IMG/VR virus record: IMGVR_UViG_3300045988_126669
Span: 33,217-97,216 of that record
Length of the DNA stretch: 64,000 nucleotides
Source of the DNA: a virus
Direction: 5' to 3' (one strand)
Of this stretch, positions 54,488 through 63,609 are shown in pieces (the first letter of the stretch is position 1; the number at the start of each line of letters is the position of its first letter). The notes beneath the pieces were generated by a model. The model was not told the origin of the DNA. It saw only the letters and a program-made list of their open reading frames with translations, and ran no database searches. The position numbers and the translations under genes were made by a program.

Positions 54488-54933
54488 TGACTTTTTATTG
54501 TAATAACTGCGGTTATTACCGGCCAACAACCGGATTATGTCAAATCACAGGCAACACTATGGATCCCAATCACGCAACTTGTGAAAACTTTCTTTGCGGT
54601 GAATATTACACTTGTAAAGCATGTCATACTCCAATTTTCCATAAGCAAATGATCATCGACGATCAAGGCAACACTTATTGCGATAAATGTTGGGCAAAGC
54701 TTAGCACGTGCCAAAATTGTGAACAAAATGTGAACTGCGCGTTTGATGCTTCTCCCGACACACCGAAAATGGTCCAAAAGCGAGAAATCGTTGGAAATAT
54801 GCAAACCGTCACGAATGTCCGTAATCCCGACATTATTCGAAAGACTTGCCAAAATGGTTGTTCTTGTTTCACTGAGGAAAATGGCTGTATGAGAGATTTC
54901 AATTACTGCGATAACCTCAAACCTATTCTTTAA
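54484..54933 (+). CDS. Cys-rich multi-zinc-ribbon protein (149 aa)
   Basis: Many CxxC pairs: CNNCGYY...CQITGN, CENFLCG, CKAC, CDKCW, CQNCEQN. Confidence 0.55.
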   Translation: MMTFYCNNCGYYRPTTGLCQITGNTMDPNHATCENFLCGEYYTCKACHTPIFHKQMIIDDQGNTYCDKCWAKLSTCQNCEQNVNCAFDASPDTPKMVQKREIVGNMQTVTNVRNPDIIRKTCQNGCSCFTEENGCMRDFNYCDNLKPIL

Positions 54934-54947
54934 AGGAGTTTTTAAAT

Positions 54948-55547
54948 ATGTTTATCTTCTTCTTGAAAACGCTGGTGGGCGGATTTGTTCTACCGACCTT
55001 AATTATTTTTCTGATTTTCGCCATTCATTCTGCATATTGTAGCTATGGCTATTATAGCACTCTTTCCGATCCTAAGGCCAAGCACTTCCGCAATTGGTCT
55101 CACCGCGACCGCGTTGACATTCCCCGTCAAATTATTCCTGCCTTTTGGATCGGCGTTTGTCTTTATCTTGCCGTAAGTATGTTCGGTGGAGTTATGATGT
55201 CTTCCATTACCGAAGATTATGCTAACTATGATTATACGATTGCGGAAGCCAAAGAGTTAACGAGTATGGATAATGATGGCTGTATCTATACTTACCGCGC
55301 ATTCGAGGGTGAAAGTGTTTACTATACTTATCTTACACTTAGCGCTGATGGCATTACAAGCACTGAAAATTATCCTGTGAATAGCACAGTAGTTATTTAC
55401 TCTAATCAGGTTCCGCACATTGAGAAGCGTCTCCCGCGTTATGGCGATTGGAGAGAGTGGTTCTTTGTCTGCACTAAATCAACGCGAGCTTATCTTTATA
55501 TTCCAGAAGGAACAGATGTAGCGAAAGACTATATTGTGGAGAAGTGA
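54948..55547 (+). CDS. membrane protein (199 aa)
   Basis: RBS AAGGAG. N-terminal TM helices. Confidence 0.55.
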   Translation: MFIFFLKTLVGGFVLPTLIIFLIFAIHSAYCSYGYYSTLSDPKAKHFRNWSHRDRVDIPRQIIPAFWIGVCLYLAVSMFGGVMMSSITEDYANYDYTIAEAKELTSMDNDGCIYTYRAFEGESVYYTYLTLSADGITSTENYPVNSTVVIYSNQVPHIEKRLPRYGDWREWFFVCTKSTRAYLYIPEGTDVAKDYIVEK

Positions 55548-55548
55548 A

Positions 55549-55818
55549 ATGAACAAAGGTGATTTAATTTATTTAAAAATGTCTAATGGCGACCGCGCTT
55601 TTATTAATGTAAATGAGGTCGTTATAGTTCTTGTTTCTCATACTACCAAAAGTAATTCAGATGATAATAATATCTCCACTGAAACTTTTGAAACAAAACT
55701 TGAGTTTTGTATGAGCAATAAGTCTCATTATATGTATACCTTTGATGACAATGATCCTGATGGTATGAGAGTTATAAGACAACTCAAAAATTTTGTTTCT
55801 GAGGAGGCATTTAGATGA
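55549..55818 (+). CDS. hypothetical protein (89 aa)
   Basis: Starts 2 nt after the upstream TGA. Confidence 0.45.
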   Translation: MNKGDLIYLKMSNGDRAFINVNEVVIVLVSHTTKSNSDDNNISTETFETKLEFCMSNKSHYMYTFDDNDPDGMRVIRQLKNFVSEEAFR

Positions 55819-56060
55819 TTGTAATTTTACACAACTTCCGCGGTTTTAAATATCTTATCAATACTAATAATATCAATAGCGTTAGCTTTTCCGCGGTCGA
55901 TTCTAAACAATATGCAGATGAGATTGCGGAAGCAGGCGGGAGTCCCCTCACGCGCATTTACATTGATTGGTATGGCGGTTCTTCCACAAGCATTCTTGCA
56001 ATTTCCGAAGTGGCTGATGAATTTCTCAATCTTTTTGAAAACGCGGTTGAAATCTTTTAA
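55815..56060 (+). CDS. hypothetical protein (81 aa)
   Basis: ATGA overlap. RBS GAGGAGG. Confidence 0.5.
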   Translation: MIVILHNFRGFKYLINTNNINSVSFSAVDSKQYADEIAEAGGSPLTRIYIDWYGGSSTSILAISEVADEFLNLFENAVEIF

Positions 56061-56118
56061 TTTCTAAATATATTATAACAAAAATTTTGGGTAAAATCAA
56101 TTAATGGAGGAATAATAT

Positions 56119-56334
56119 ATGAGTCGTATCCCTGTTCTATTCATTTATGATGAGTCTCGCGATGAAATTTATTGCGCAACAAATCTTGGTGAATCTGATG
56201 CGCTTGAAATCACTATGTCTGCTATTGAGGAGAACGTCGAAGAGCAATTCCAGTGTCATAAGTTCGATGCTCAGATCTATAATAAAGCGCTTGAACATAT
56301 GATTGTCTATTACGAATATGTTCCCGTTCTCTGA
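56119..56334 (+). CDS. hypothetical protein (71 aa)
   Basis: RBS AATGGAGGAATAATATATG. Terminator 56336-56375. Confidence 0.5.
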   Translation: MSRIPVLFIYDESRDEIYCATNLGESDALEITMSAIEENVEEQFQCHKFDAQIYNKALEHMIVYYEYVPVL

Positions 56335-56375
56335 TCTTTAAAGGATTTGCGTAAACCGCAAATCCTTTTTTGATT

Positions 56376-56435
56376 TTTTATAAAAAATAATATATAATAT
56401 ATATATAAAGTAAAGAAAGAAAGGAAATAAAAATT
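56376..56435 (+). promoter_or_regulatory. class-III AT-rich promoter module TTTTATAAAAAATAATATATAATATATATATAAAGTAAAGAAAGAAAGG
   Basis: Near-identical ~45-nt blocks at 59588, 60678 and 62695, each directly after a terminator and before an RBS+ATG. Confidence 0.45.
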
Positions 56436-56756
56436 ATGACTACTTCTAATTCTAAGATTAAAACTCATTCCATTGGTATTCTTTGTGATACGGCCGGAGA
56501 CCATAATTTCTATTTCCTGAATGCGTCCGAGGCTGATATGCAGGAAATGTTTATGGAATATTGTCGAGATATGGTCGATGATAGTCTTATGGAGCGTCAG
56601 TTCGAAATGATTCAGAAAGATTCCGATTATGATTGGTATCTTTACCACGGTGAGATGACCGGCGAATGGACAAGGAGATTTTCTTCTTATCTCGATATGA
56701 TGAACGAGGTCGCAAATGATGTTTTCATTGATTTCGTTGATGCGGTTGAAATGTAA
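56436..56756 (+). CDS. hypothetical protein (106 aa)
   Basis: Follows the class-III module. Confidence 0.55.
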   Translation: MTTSNSKIKTHSIGILCDTAGDHNFYFLNASEADMQEMFMEYCRDMVDDSLMERQFEMIQKDSDYDWYLYHGEMTGEWTRRFSSYLDMMNEVANDVFIDFVDAVEM

Positions 56757-56767
56757 GGAGAATAACT

Positions 56768-57043
56768 ATGAAAGAAATTACTTGTTATAAAATCGAAGAT
56801 GAAATGACTGGTAAGTCTTGGACATTCGCCAACATCTCTGAGGCAGAAGCGGAAGAACTTTATCTTGCTTTCCTCGAAGGCGCAATCGAAGAAGATATTA
56901 TGGAAACTCAGCGAATTGAATATTACGATCTTCCTCTTCCTGCTCCTGATTGGTGGAAGATCGATCATCGAGAAGAGGTTGATAAACTTCTTCTTATGGA
57001 TGGCGAGTTCTATATGTATAAATTTAATGCTTACGCATTTTAA
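56768..57043 (+). CDS. hypothetical protein (91 aa)
   Basis: RBS AAGGAGAATAACTATG. Confidence 0.5.
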   Translation: MKEITCYKIEDEMTGKSWTFANISEAEAEELYLAFLEGAIEEDIMETQRIEYYDLPLPAPDWWKIDHREEVDKLLLMDGEFYMYKFNAYAF

Positions 57044-57054
57044 GGAGGATATAA

Positions 57055-57953
57055 ATGGGAAAATATAAAGATATAAGTGGTTAGAAATTTGGACGTCTAA
57101 CTGCTTTAGAAATAGATGTAGAAAAAACTAAAACACATAGTTCTACTTATTGGAAATGTTAGTGTGATTGTGGTAATATAAAGAGTATTAGTTTAAATAG
57201 ACTAAGAAATGGTAGCACCAAATCCTGCGGTTGTTATAGGAAAGAAGTAGCAAGTAATAATACCAAAAAAGATTTAGTAGGCCAAAAATTTGGACGTTTA
57301 ACTGTTATTAAAGATTCTGGTAAGAGAAAAGATAACCGTATTATTTGGGAATGCCAATGCGAATGTGGTAATATTGTTTATTATCCAACTAACAATTTAA
57401 CCACTGGAAATGCATAGTCTTGTGGGTGTTTACATAAAGAAATAGTAGCTAATTTAACTAAAAAAGATTTAACTGGTTAGCGTTTTGGTAAATTAACTGT
57501 ATTATTTGAACAATCTGAAAGAAAAAATAATCGTATTATTTGGCATTGTCGATGTGATTGTGGTAATGAATGTGATACTTCAAGTAAATCTTTATTAAGT
57601 GGAAGAAAAATTTCTTGTGGTTGTTTAAAAACATCTCTTGGAGAATACCGCATAAGTAATATTTTATCTGAAAATAATATTGCTTATATTAAGGAATATA
57701 AATATAAAAATTTAGGTAATTTAAGATATGACTTTTATTTACCTGATTATAATAGATTAATTGAATTTGACGGAGAACAACATTTTATGGAAGTTCCTAC
57801 TTGGGGAGAATTAGAAGCTACACAAAAACGAGATAAAATAAAAAATGATTATGCTTTATCTCATAGTATTCCTTTAGTAAGGATCCCTTATTGGGAACGT
57901 GATAACATTACTTTAGACTTATTACTTGGTAATAAATATTTACAAAAGGAGTG
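57055..57953 (+). CDS. homing-endonuclease-like protein (299 aa): three zinc-ribbon repeats (GQ[KR]FG[RK]LT..W.C.C[DE]CGN..SCGC) + a C-terminal PD-(D/E)xK DUF559/Vsr-like domain; 4 in-frame TAGs at 57082, 57160, 57415, 57478
   Basis: RBS TAAGGAGGA + ATG. There is no ORF in the standard code. With TAG=Gln the three repeats align, with CAA Gln at the equivalent position (57283). The C-terminus reads RYDFYLPDYNRLIEFDGEQHF. Confidence 0.6.
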
Positions 57954-57959
57954 ATACTA

Positions 57960-58697
57960 ATGAATTTACCTGGCATTTATCCATTTTTCAATGATTTATG
58001 GAAAGAATATCAATCTTGTTATGTAATTTCAGACACTCATTTTGATGATGAAGAATTAGCTAAAGGGTGTAATCGTCCTTCTACCGATGAATTAATAAAA
58101 AGCATTAATTCTAAAGTTGGGAAAAATGATGTATTAATTCATTTAGGTGATGTAGGAAAAATTGAGTGCGTTAAAAAATTACGAGGCGGATTAAAAATAC
58201 TAATTATGGGTAATCATGATTCTGGTTCATCAAATTATCAACGCCAAATTTGGGAGAAAAAATTTGATAAAGAAATTTATCAAAAAGATGAAGCTCTTAT
58301 AGAAATGAAACGTTTATATCCTGATTGTATTTATACAATTGATGAAGGATATGCTTTTAATCGTCCATTTGAGTATTGGTTAGTTAAAGCTGATAATAAA
58401 TTATTTGATTATGTCTTTCCTGGCGCACTCATCATTGGTGAGAAACTTATGCTTTCTCACGAACCGATTAAGCAGGACTGGGCTCTCGATCTTCACGGCC
58501 ACGACCACAATCATAAAGAGACGGATATCTATCACAAGAATGTTTGTGTAGATGTGTTTGGCCCCGCCCCTTTGAACTTGAATCAGTTTATGAAAAATGG
58601 TCCAACTGCAAAGATCGGGAGCGTCCACAGAAAAACAATCGACAAAGCCACAATCAAAGCCCGAAAGCGAGGAGGTAAAAAGATATGGGAGAAATGA
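57960..58697 (+). CDS. calcineurin-like metallophosphoesterase (phage Ser/Thr phosphatase-like), 245 aa
   Basis: Motifs ISDTHFDD, HLGDVG, GNHD, GHDH. RBS AAAAGGAGTGA. Confidence 0.65.
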   Translation: MNLPGIYPFFNDLWKEYQSCYVISDTHFDDEELAKGCNRPSTDELIKSINSKVGKNDVLIHLGDVGKIECVKKLRGGLKILIMGNHDSGSSNYQRQIWEKKFDKEIYQKDEALIEMKRLYPDCIYTIDEGYAFNRPFEYWLVKADNKLFDYVFPGALIIGEKLMLSHEPIKQDWALDLHGHDHNHKETDIYHKNVCVDVFGPAPLNLNQFMKNGPTAKIGSVHRKTIDKATIKARKRGGKKIWEK

Positions 58698-58855
58698 TTA
58701 TTATGCTATTTATCATATTAGTATTTTTCGGTTTTATGTATATGGATTTACTGGATGATGATACTATGTCTCTCAATGAGAAGTATTATTACTGCGGTAT
58801 GGGCATGTTGCTCTGCCTGTTTGCTGGTTTCATTCAGTCAGTCTTTTATGCTTAA
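58694..58855 (+). CDS. 53-aa two-TM membrane peptide
   Basis: Hydrophobic. Overlaps the upstream stop. Confidence 0.4.
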   Translation: MIIMLFIILVFFGFMYMDLLDDDTMSLNEKYYYCGMGMLLCLFAGFIQSVFYA

Positions 58856-58928
58856 AGCAATAATTCTTTGTTTTTGCGCTCTTGGCATTTTATCCGTTTT
58901 GTTCGATGAATTAGATTAAGGAGGGTGT

Positions 58929-59135
58929 ATGGTAGGATTTATTATAGAAATTATTCTTGGATTAGTTGTAATAAGGATTGCTTTGTATATCTTTAACCTT
59001 ATCGACGGCGCCGGCTCTTCCAAAGATATGTTTCTGATTGATACTTGTATCATTACCGGAACTCTTCTACTTGTAATTTCCGCGCTCCCAATCGTTTTAG
59101 GATTGTATGGAGTAATTCAATATTTTATTCATTAA
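58929..59135 (+). CDS. 68-aa membrane protein
   Basis: RBS AAGGAGGGTGTATG. Confidence 0.5.
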   Translation: MVGFIIEIILGLVVIRIALYIFNLIDGAGSSKDMFLIDTCIITGTLLLVISALPIVLGLYGVIQYFIH

Positions 59136-59148
59136 GGAGAAGATAGTT

Positions 59149-59553
59149 ATGCTTTATGTAGTTTTTATTCTTGCACTTGTGGTCTTTATTGCTCTTATAG
59201 TTTGGAGTTGTAATAAATATTCTGCTCTTGGTTGTATTAGTTCGATTGTTGGCTTCATCGGCACCGTTATCTTTGGAATCGTAATGGTATTTTCTACTAT
59301 TGTGGTTATCAATGAAAATGTATACAGTGATTCTCTCTATGAGAAATATACAACTCGTAAGGCCACTCTTGAATGGCGACTTGAACAGGACTATACTGAT
59401 AATGATAACAACCTTGGCGCAACCGAACTTTATGAAGAAATTCAGGAATATAATGAAGACCTTGCGAGCGCAAAGGCTAATCGCGCGAACCCTTGGTTGA
59501 AGATCTATACCGGAGAATATGTTGATCGACTCGAATTTATTGAGTTGAAGTAA
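59149..59553 (+). CDS. 134-aa protein with an N-terminal TM region
   Basis: RBS AAGGAGAAGATAGTTATG. Terminator 59563-59600. Confidence 0.55.
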   Translation: MLYVVFILALVVFIALIVWSCNKYSALGCISSIVGFIGTVIFGIVMVFSTIVVINENVYSDSLYEKYTTRKATLEWRLEQDYTDNDNNLGATELYEEIQEYNEDLASAKANRANPWLKIYTGEYVDRLEFIELK

Positions 59554-59587
59554 ACAATAAGGACTTATGTTAATTCATAAGTCCTTA

Positions 59588-59650
59588 TTTTATTTTTATA
59601 AAAAAATATAATATAATATATATATAAAGTTAAGAAAGGAAATGAAAATT
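59588..59650 (+). promoter_or_regulatory. class-III AT-rich promoter module TTTTATAAAAAAATATAATATAATATATATATAAAGTTAAGAAAGG
   Basis: Conserved with 56376, 60678 and 62695. Confidence 0.45.
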
Positions 59651-59926
59651 ATGTATGTAGAGCTTTGGGATCTAATTGGTAGAAAATACACTGATCCAGA
59701 AGATGATGAATACGCAATGCTCGTTTCTAAGGATGGCGTTCATATTGCCAACGCGGTTGAGATTCTTTTCTCCAAGGCTAAGGGCGAGGGTCGAATCCGC
59801 GAATATAACATTGAAATCCCCTGCGTTTTCGATACAATCGGCGTAGAGATGGTTTACGTGCTAATTGTCTCTTGGATTAATGCAGATGGCTCTCTTGGAA
59901 CTTATTATACGGAGGTATGTCATTAA
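59651..59926 (+). CDS. hypothetical protein (91 aa)
   Basis: Follows the class-III module. Confidence 0.5.
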   Translation: MYVELWDLIGRKYTDPEDDEYAMLVSKDGVHIANAVEILFSKAKGEGRIREYNIEIPCVFDTIGVEMVYVLIVSWINADGSLGTYYTEVCH

Positions 59927-60174
59927 TGACTGTTTATGCTCTTTGTTATCATTATGATAGTTTTGGCGGTGATGATACCGCGGTGCTTAGCCTTTATTCT
60001 ACTGAGGAAAAGGCTTTTGAAGCAGGACGAAAGAAAGAAAAGGAAGCGCAAGAGCGTTGGGAAAAAAATAAGTCTGTCTCATATTGCAAAAAGCCTTCGT
60101 TTGATGGATTTTTCGTTCACGGCTACGGCGACTACTATGTAAAGATTATGGAAGTTGATAAGGAGACTATCTAA
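59917..60174 (+). CDS. hypothetical protein (85 aa)
   Basis: Overlapping operon start. Confidence 0.5.
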   Translation: MSLMTVYALCYHYDSFGGDDTAVLSLYSTEEKAFEAGRKKEKEAQERWEKNKSVSYCKKPSFDGFFVHGYGDYYVKIMEVDKETI

Positions 60175-60491
60175 TGGTTGTAATGATTTATGCTTATGAA
60201 AGCGTCTATTGCGGACTCCACGGCATCAATACTGGTGGAGTGTATGAGGTTGATAATGTCGCAGAAGCCGATGAGATTGGTAGAGAACTGGCTTATGACG
60301 TAATCGAGGGCTATGGCCATGTCTTTGAGGATTACGACCAAGAAGAGGTAAAGGAAGGCATTGAGTGGGAAGTTTGGCCTGTCCGCGATAATACTGGGCT
60401 TTCCGTCAGTGAGCTTGACTGCGAATTTGCGAACCTCGGTAGAAGTCTCTTTATTGATGAGTATTGTTGTGTAGATATCCACAATACTTAA
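60174..60491 (+). CDS. hypothetical acidic protein (105 aa)
   Basis: ATG overlap. Confidence 0.5.
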   Translation: MVVMIYAYESVYCGLHGINTGGVYEVDNVAEADEIGRELAYDVIEGYGHVFEDYDQEEVKEGIEWEVWPVRDNTGLSVSELDCEFANLGRSLFIDEYCCVDIHNT

Positions 60492-60677
60492 TATAAAACT
60501 CTGGAAGGGCATTCTCTTCCCCAATAGGATAAAGTCTCAGTCCATACCGCTCAGGGGTGCTATTCAATAAGGTTAGATTATAAGTGGGTATGATAATTCT
60601 GCTAACAAACTTGAATAGGCTATATTATATACGCTGAATCCTTGATTGTATGATACCTCCAAAAAAGAGTTTTATTG

Positions 60678-60736
60678 ATTTTTTATAAAAAATATAATAT
60701 AATATTTATAGAAAGTTAAGAAAGGGAATGATAATT
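60678..60736 (+). promoter_or_regulatory. class-III AT-rich promoter module TTTTTTATAAAAAATATAATATAATATTTATAGAAAGTTAAGAAAGGG
   Basis: Conserved block. Confidence 0.45.
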
Positions 60737-60910
60737 ATGAAGTTGGTAGAAAAGCCCTTCACTAAGGAAGATGCGATTAAGGCTCTTGAAGTGATTGATA
60801 CTTATGTTGATATGCTTGATTGGCAAGGTATCATTGATAACGATGAGCTTGATGAACTTACTTTGAATATTTCAATTCTTGAAAGCTTTATTCGAAACGT
60901 AAAAGAATAA
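60737..60910 (+). CDS. hypothetical 57-aa protein
   Basis: Follows the class-III module. Confidence 0.45.
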   Translation: MKLVEKPFTKEDAIKALEVIDTYVDMLDWQGIIDNDELDELTLNISILESFIRNVKE

Positions 60911-60944
60911 TCAATAAACATTAGTGAGAGAGGAAATAATAATT

Positions 60945-61244
60945 ATGGAGAAGTTTATTAACGCAATCGTTTTTGATGATGGCTATCACGATAAGTATGT
61001 CATCTGTGAAGGTGATATTCATAAGTATAGTTTCTGGCTTTTTGTTAATAAGATTGCAATTTGTCATAATGAAACTTATATTATTAAAACTATCCATTAT
61101 GAAGACCTCGAAGAAAGCAATGTCGTAGAAGCCTTTGAAGCAATGGATTCTTCTACTGAGTTGTTTCATACTGAAAAGACTGCGAAGGCTTTCGAAATTC
61201 TTTGGAATTGCGAAGATGCGGTTGAAGGCATTGATGTTTATTGA
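60945..61244 (+). CDS. hypothetical protein (99 aa)
   Basis: RBS GAGAGGAAATAATAATTATG. Confidence 0.5.
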   Translation: MEKFINAIVFDDGYHDKYVICEGDIHKYSFWLFVNKIAICHNETYIIKTIHYEDLEESNVVEAFEAMDSSTELFHTEKTAKAFEILWNCEDAVEGIDVY

Positions 61245-61265
61245 GATTGTAAAGGGGTAATCAAT

Positions 61266-61862
61266 ATGTTTTATTTTGTTCGTTATACTGATAGTTGGGC
61301 TGATGAAATGACCATTGACGGTTTCTCCATTATGGACGAAAAGGAATATGAGCATTATGTTGCAACCGTAAATGCGATTATTGCGGACATTGAGAGCGGT
61401 CTGCCGTTTATCTATCAGGTTGGCTCCAATGAGGAAATTGAATATAATAACGTCGATGACTTCCTTAGCGCATTTGAAACGTCTGAATTTGAAGAGTATC
61501 CCGAAGGCATCGAAATGGTCTTCGGTAAGAAGTTCCCTGAATTTGGGTTTTTCCCTTACGGGCAGATGCTTGATACTCTTTGGGATCGAGCTAATGGCCT
61601 CGAAGTTGGAGATAAAGAATTGATGGAAGAGTATTATCGCATTGATTATTACAATTCTATCACTAAGGAACATGTTGGCGATCCTGTATATATTAAAGTA
61701 AGGGGATACTCTGAGATTGAGGTTGATGCTCAGATCGAATCTTTTGAGGAGCATTTTGCCACGGAATATTATAAACAGTATGGTGTATATGTCTATCCTG
61801 AGACGGGTCGGATTCCCGAAGACCTTTATAATAAGGAGATGAATCTTAATGTCAACGACTAA
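61266..61862 (+). CDS. hypothetical acidic protein (198 aa)
   Basis: RBS AAAGGGGTAATCAATATG. Confidence 0.55.
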   Translation: MFYFVRYTDSWADEMTIDGFSIMDEKEYEHYVATVNAIIADIESGLPFIYQVGSNEEIEYNNVDDFLSAFETSEFEEYPEGIEMVFGKKFPEFGFFPYGQMLDTLWDRANGLEVGDKELMEEYYRIDYYNSITKEHVGDPVYIKVRGYSEIEVDAQIESFEEHFATEYYKQYGVYVYPETGRIPEDLYNKEMNLNVND

Positions 61863-62151
61863 GTATAAGAAGAGCGCGAAAGACCTTGCTTTTGAACGTG
61901 AGAAAGTTAAGCTTCAAGCACGTAATCTTCAACTTTGTAGAGAGCTTGCGGAAGCCCAAAAGGAGCTGGAAACCGCGAAGAAGGAACTTGAAGAGAGTCG
62001 TGCCCGCAATGCGGAACTCGTCTCCTATATTGAGGAAACTACTGGGTGTTGCCCTGAAACTCTCAAAAAAGATATCAAGAACCGCGAAATGATTGCGGGC
62101 TTGCTTCGTTTTTCCTCTCAGGCTATGATGTATGGAGGATTCGAACTGTGA
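61849..62151 (+). CDS. coiled-coil protein (100 aa)
   Basis: Heptad-like LQARNLQLCRELAEAQKELETAKKELEESRARNAEL. Confidence 0.5.
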   Translation: MSTTKYKKSAKDLAFEREKVKLQARNLQLCRELAEAQKELETAKKELEESRARNAELVSYIEETTGCCPETLKKDIKNREMIAGLLRFSSQAMMYGGFEL

Positions 62152-62315
62152 AAATTGGTATTGTAATTGGCGTTGCCTATGGGCTTTTGGCTATCTTTTT
62201 TACCTTTGTTGGAGCGTCAGGAGGCACTATCCCCTGGCCTATTACCGTAGCTTTTGCCGGAATAATTTCTGCTTCTGGTTTTCTTGACGCTAACGATTGT
62301 CGGAGGAATTGATTT
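62148..62315 (+). CDS. 55-aa two-TM membrane peptide (GTG start)
   Basis: Hydrophobic. Overlaps the upstream TGA. Confidence 0.35.
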
Positions 62316-62501
62316 ATGACGAAATTTCTTATCGCTGGGTGTTATACTTTCCTTACAACGTTCCTTTGTTTAGAGGGAATTCATGGGCATCCTATTCCTT
62401 GGATTACTCCGGTGCTTCTGTCTGGGGCTATTGCTTTTATATATTGGTATGACTTTATAACCGAAGAAAAAGACACGGAGGATCCTCCTGATGAAAAGTA
62501 A
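62316..62501 (+). CDS. 61-aa membrane protein
   Basis: RBS GGAGGAATTGATTTATG. Confidence 0.5.
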   Translation: MTKFLIAGCYTFLTTFLCLEGIHGHPIPWITPVLLSGAIAFIYWYDFITEEKDTEDPPDEK

Positions 62502-62664
62502 TATTTTAGGCGGGCTTTGTTTCTCTGTTTTATGCGCTGGCGCTTGCCTTAATATAATGGAAGGTGTCGGCATGGAGATTGCGGTTCCCGCACTAATTAC
62601 TTGGTTGGTTCTGGCGTTCCGTTGTTTCTGGAACGCTTACGATGATAAATATGGTGATGATTAA
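62491..62664 (+). CDS. 57-aa membrane protein
   Basis: Overlap. Hydrophobic. Terminator 62668-62700. Confidence 0.4.
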   Translation: MKSNILGGLCFSVLCAGACLNIMEGVGMEIAVPALITWLVLAFRCFWNAYDDKYGDD

Positions 62665-62694
62665 AGACCTTATGTAAATCATAAGGTCTTTCTT

Positions 62695-62766
62695 TATTTT
62701 TATAAAAAAATATATTATAATATTTATAGAAAGTTAAAGAGAAGATAAAAAAAAGGAGAGACGCTT
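62695..62766 (+). promoter_or_regulatory. class-III AT-rich promoter module TTTTATAAAAAAATATATTATAATATTTATAGAAAGTTAAAGAGAAG
   Basis: Conserved block. Confidence 0.45.
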
Positions 62767-63039
62767 ATGCTTGGCACTGTTAATATTCCTTATTCTAAAA
62801 TTGAAGTAGATATTGAGAACATTTGCGTTGAGTATGGTCATGGCGGTTATGATGTAATGACTTGCGACGAGATCGCGGTTGATAAAATTATTGAATACTT
62901 CCAGAGTAAGCCCGCGTCTCAGCAATGGAATCTTTCTTGCTCTGAATGGCCTAATGAAAAAGGTGGTGCTTGCTTCATCTCTTGGGTTGAAGAAGGTCGT
63001 TTATGCGGTTATGGATTTGATTATTTGATGGAGGATTAA
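62767..63039 (+). CDS. hypothetical protein (90 aa)
   Basis: RBS AAAAGGAGAGACGCTTATG. Confidence 0.55.
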   Translation: MLGTVNIPYSKIEVDIENICVEYGHGGYDVMTCDEIAVDKIIEYFQSKPASQQWNLSCSEWPNEKGGACFISWVEEGRLCGYGFDYLMED

Positions 63040-63040
63040 C

Positions 63041-63292
63041 ATGGAAGTTAAATTTTATCACATTCAAACATACACCTGCTATTGTGGCGAAACAATAGAT
63101 CATTTCTTTAAAGGCACGGAAAAAGAGATGGAACGATATGCGGAATCTTGTGTTGAAGATGACGCTATGGAGTGGTGGGATCAGCAAAGCGAAGAAGACT
63201 TTTATGATGAGTATGACGCTTATCTTGCTGAATGTGGATACAATGTTTGGGAAGTCTCGGAAGAAGAATATGAAAAGTATAAGGAGTTTTAA
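63041..63292 (+). CDS. hypothetical acidic protein with CxxC (83 aa)
   Basis: Tight operon spacing. Confidence 0.5.
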   Translation: MEVKFYHIQTYTCYCGETIDHFFKGTEKEMERYAESCVEDDAMEWWDQQSEEDFYDEYDAYLAECGYNVWEVSEEEYEKYKEF

Positions 63293-63294
63293 TT

Positions 63295-63609
63295 ATGAAA
63301 ACGATTTACGCTATTAGGGACAATGAGACTGAGGAGATTGTTCTTCTTACAGAAACTATTGATGATGCTCAGGAGACAGTTCTTTCTCTCCAAGAGGAAG
63401 CAATGTATGAGCGATTCCTTAGTGATACCGTGCGGTTCACAAGCTCTTATCTTACCATTGAACCGGAAAAGTGGTGGGCGGAGGTCGCCAGCTTGAAAGA
63501 TTGGTATAGCAAGCTTCAAGCAATGCGGTCTCCCTATATCACAACCGAAGGTTTCGCAATTCAGTTCAAGAGCCATGAATATTATATTGAGGAGCAGACA
63601 ATCTTATGA
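63295..63609 (+). CDS. hypothetical protein (104 aa)
   Basis: Tight operon spacing. Confidence 0.5.
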   Translation: MKTIYAIRDNETEEIVLLTETIDDAQETVLSLQEEAMYERFLSDTVRFTSSYLTIEPEKWWAEVASLKDWYSKLQAMRSPYITTEGFAIQFKSHEYYIEEQTIL

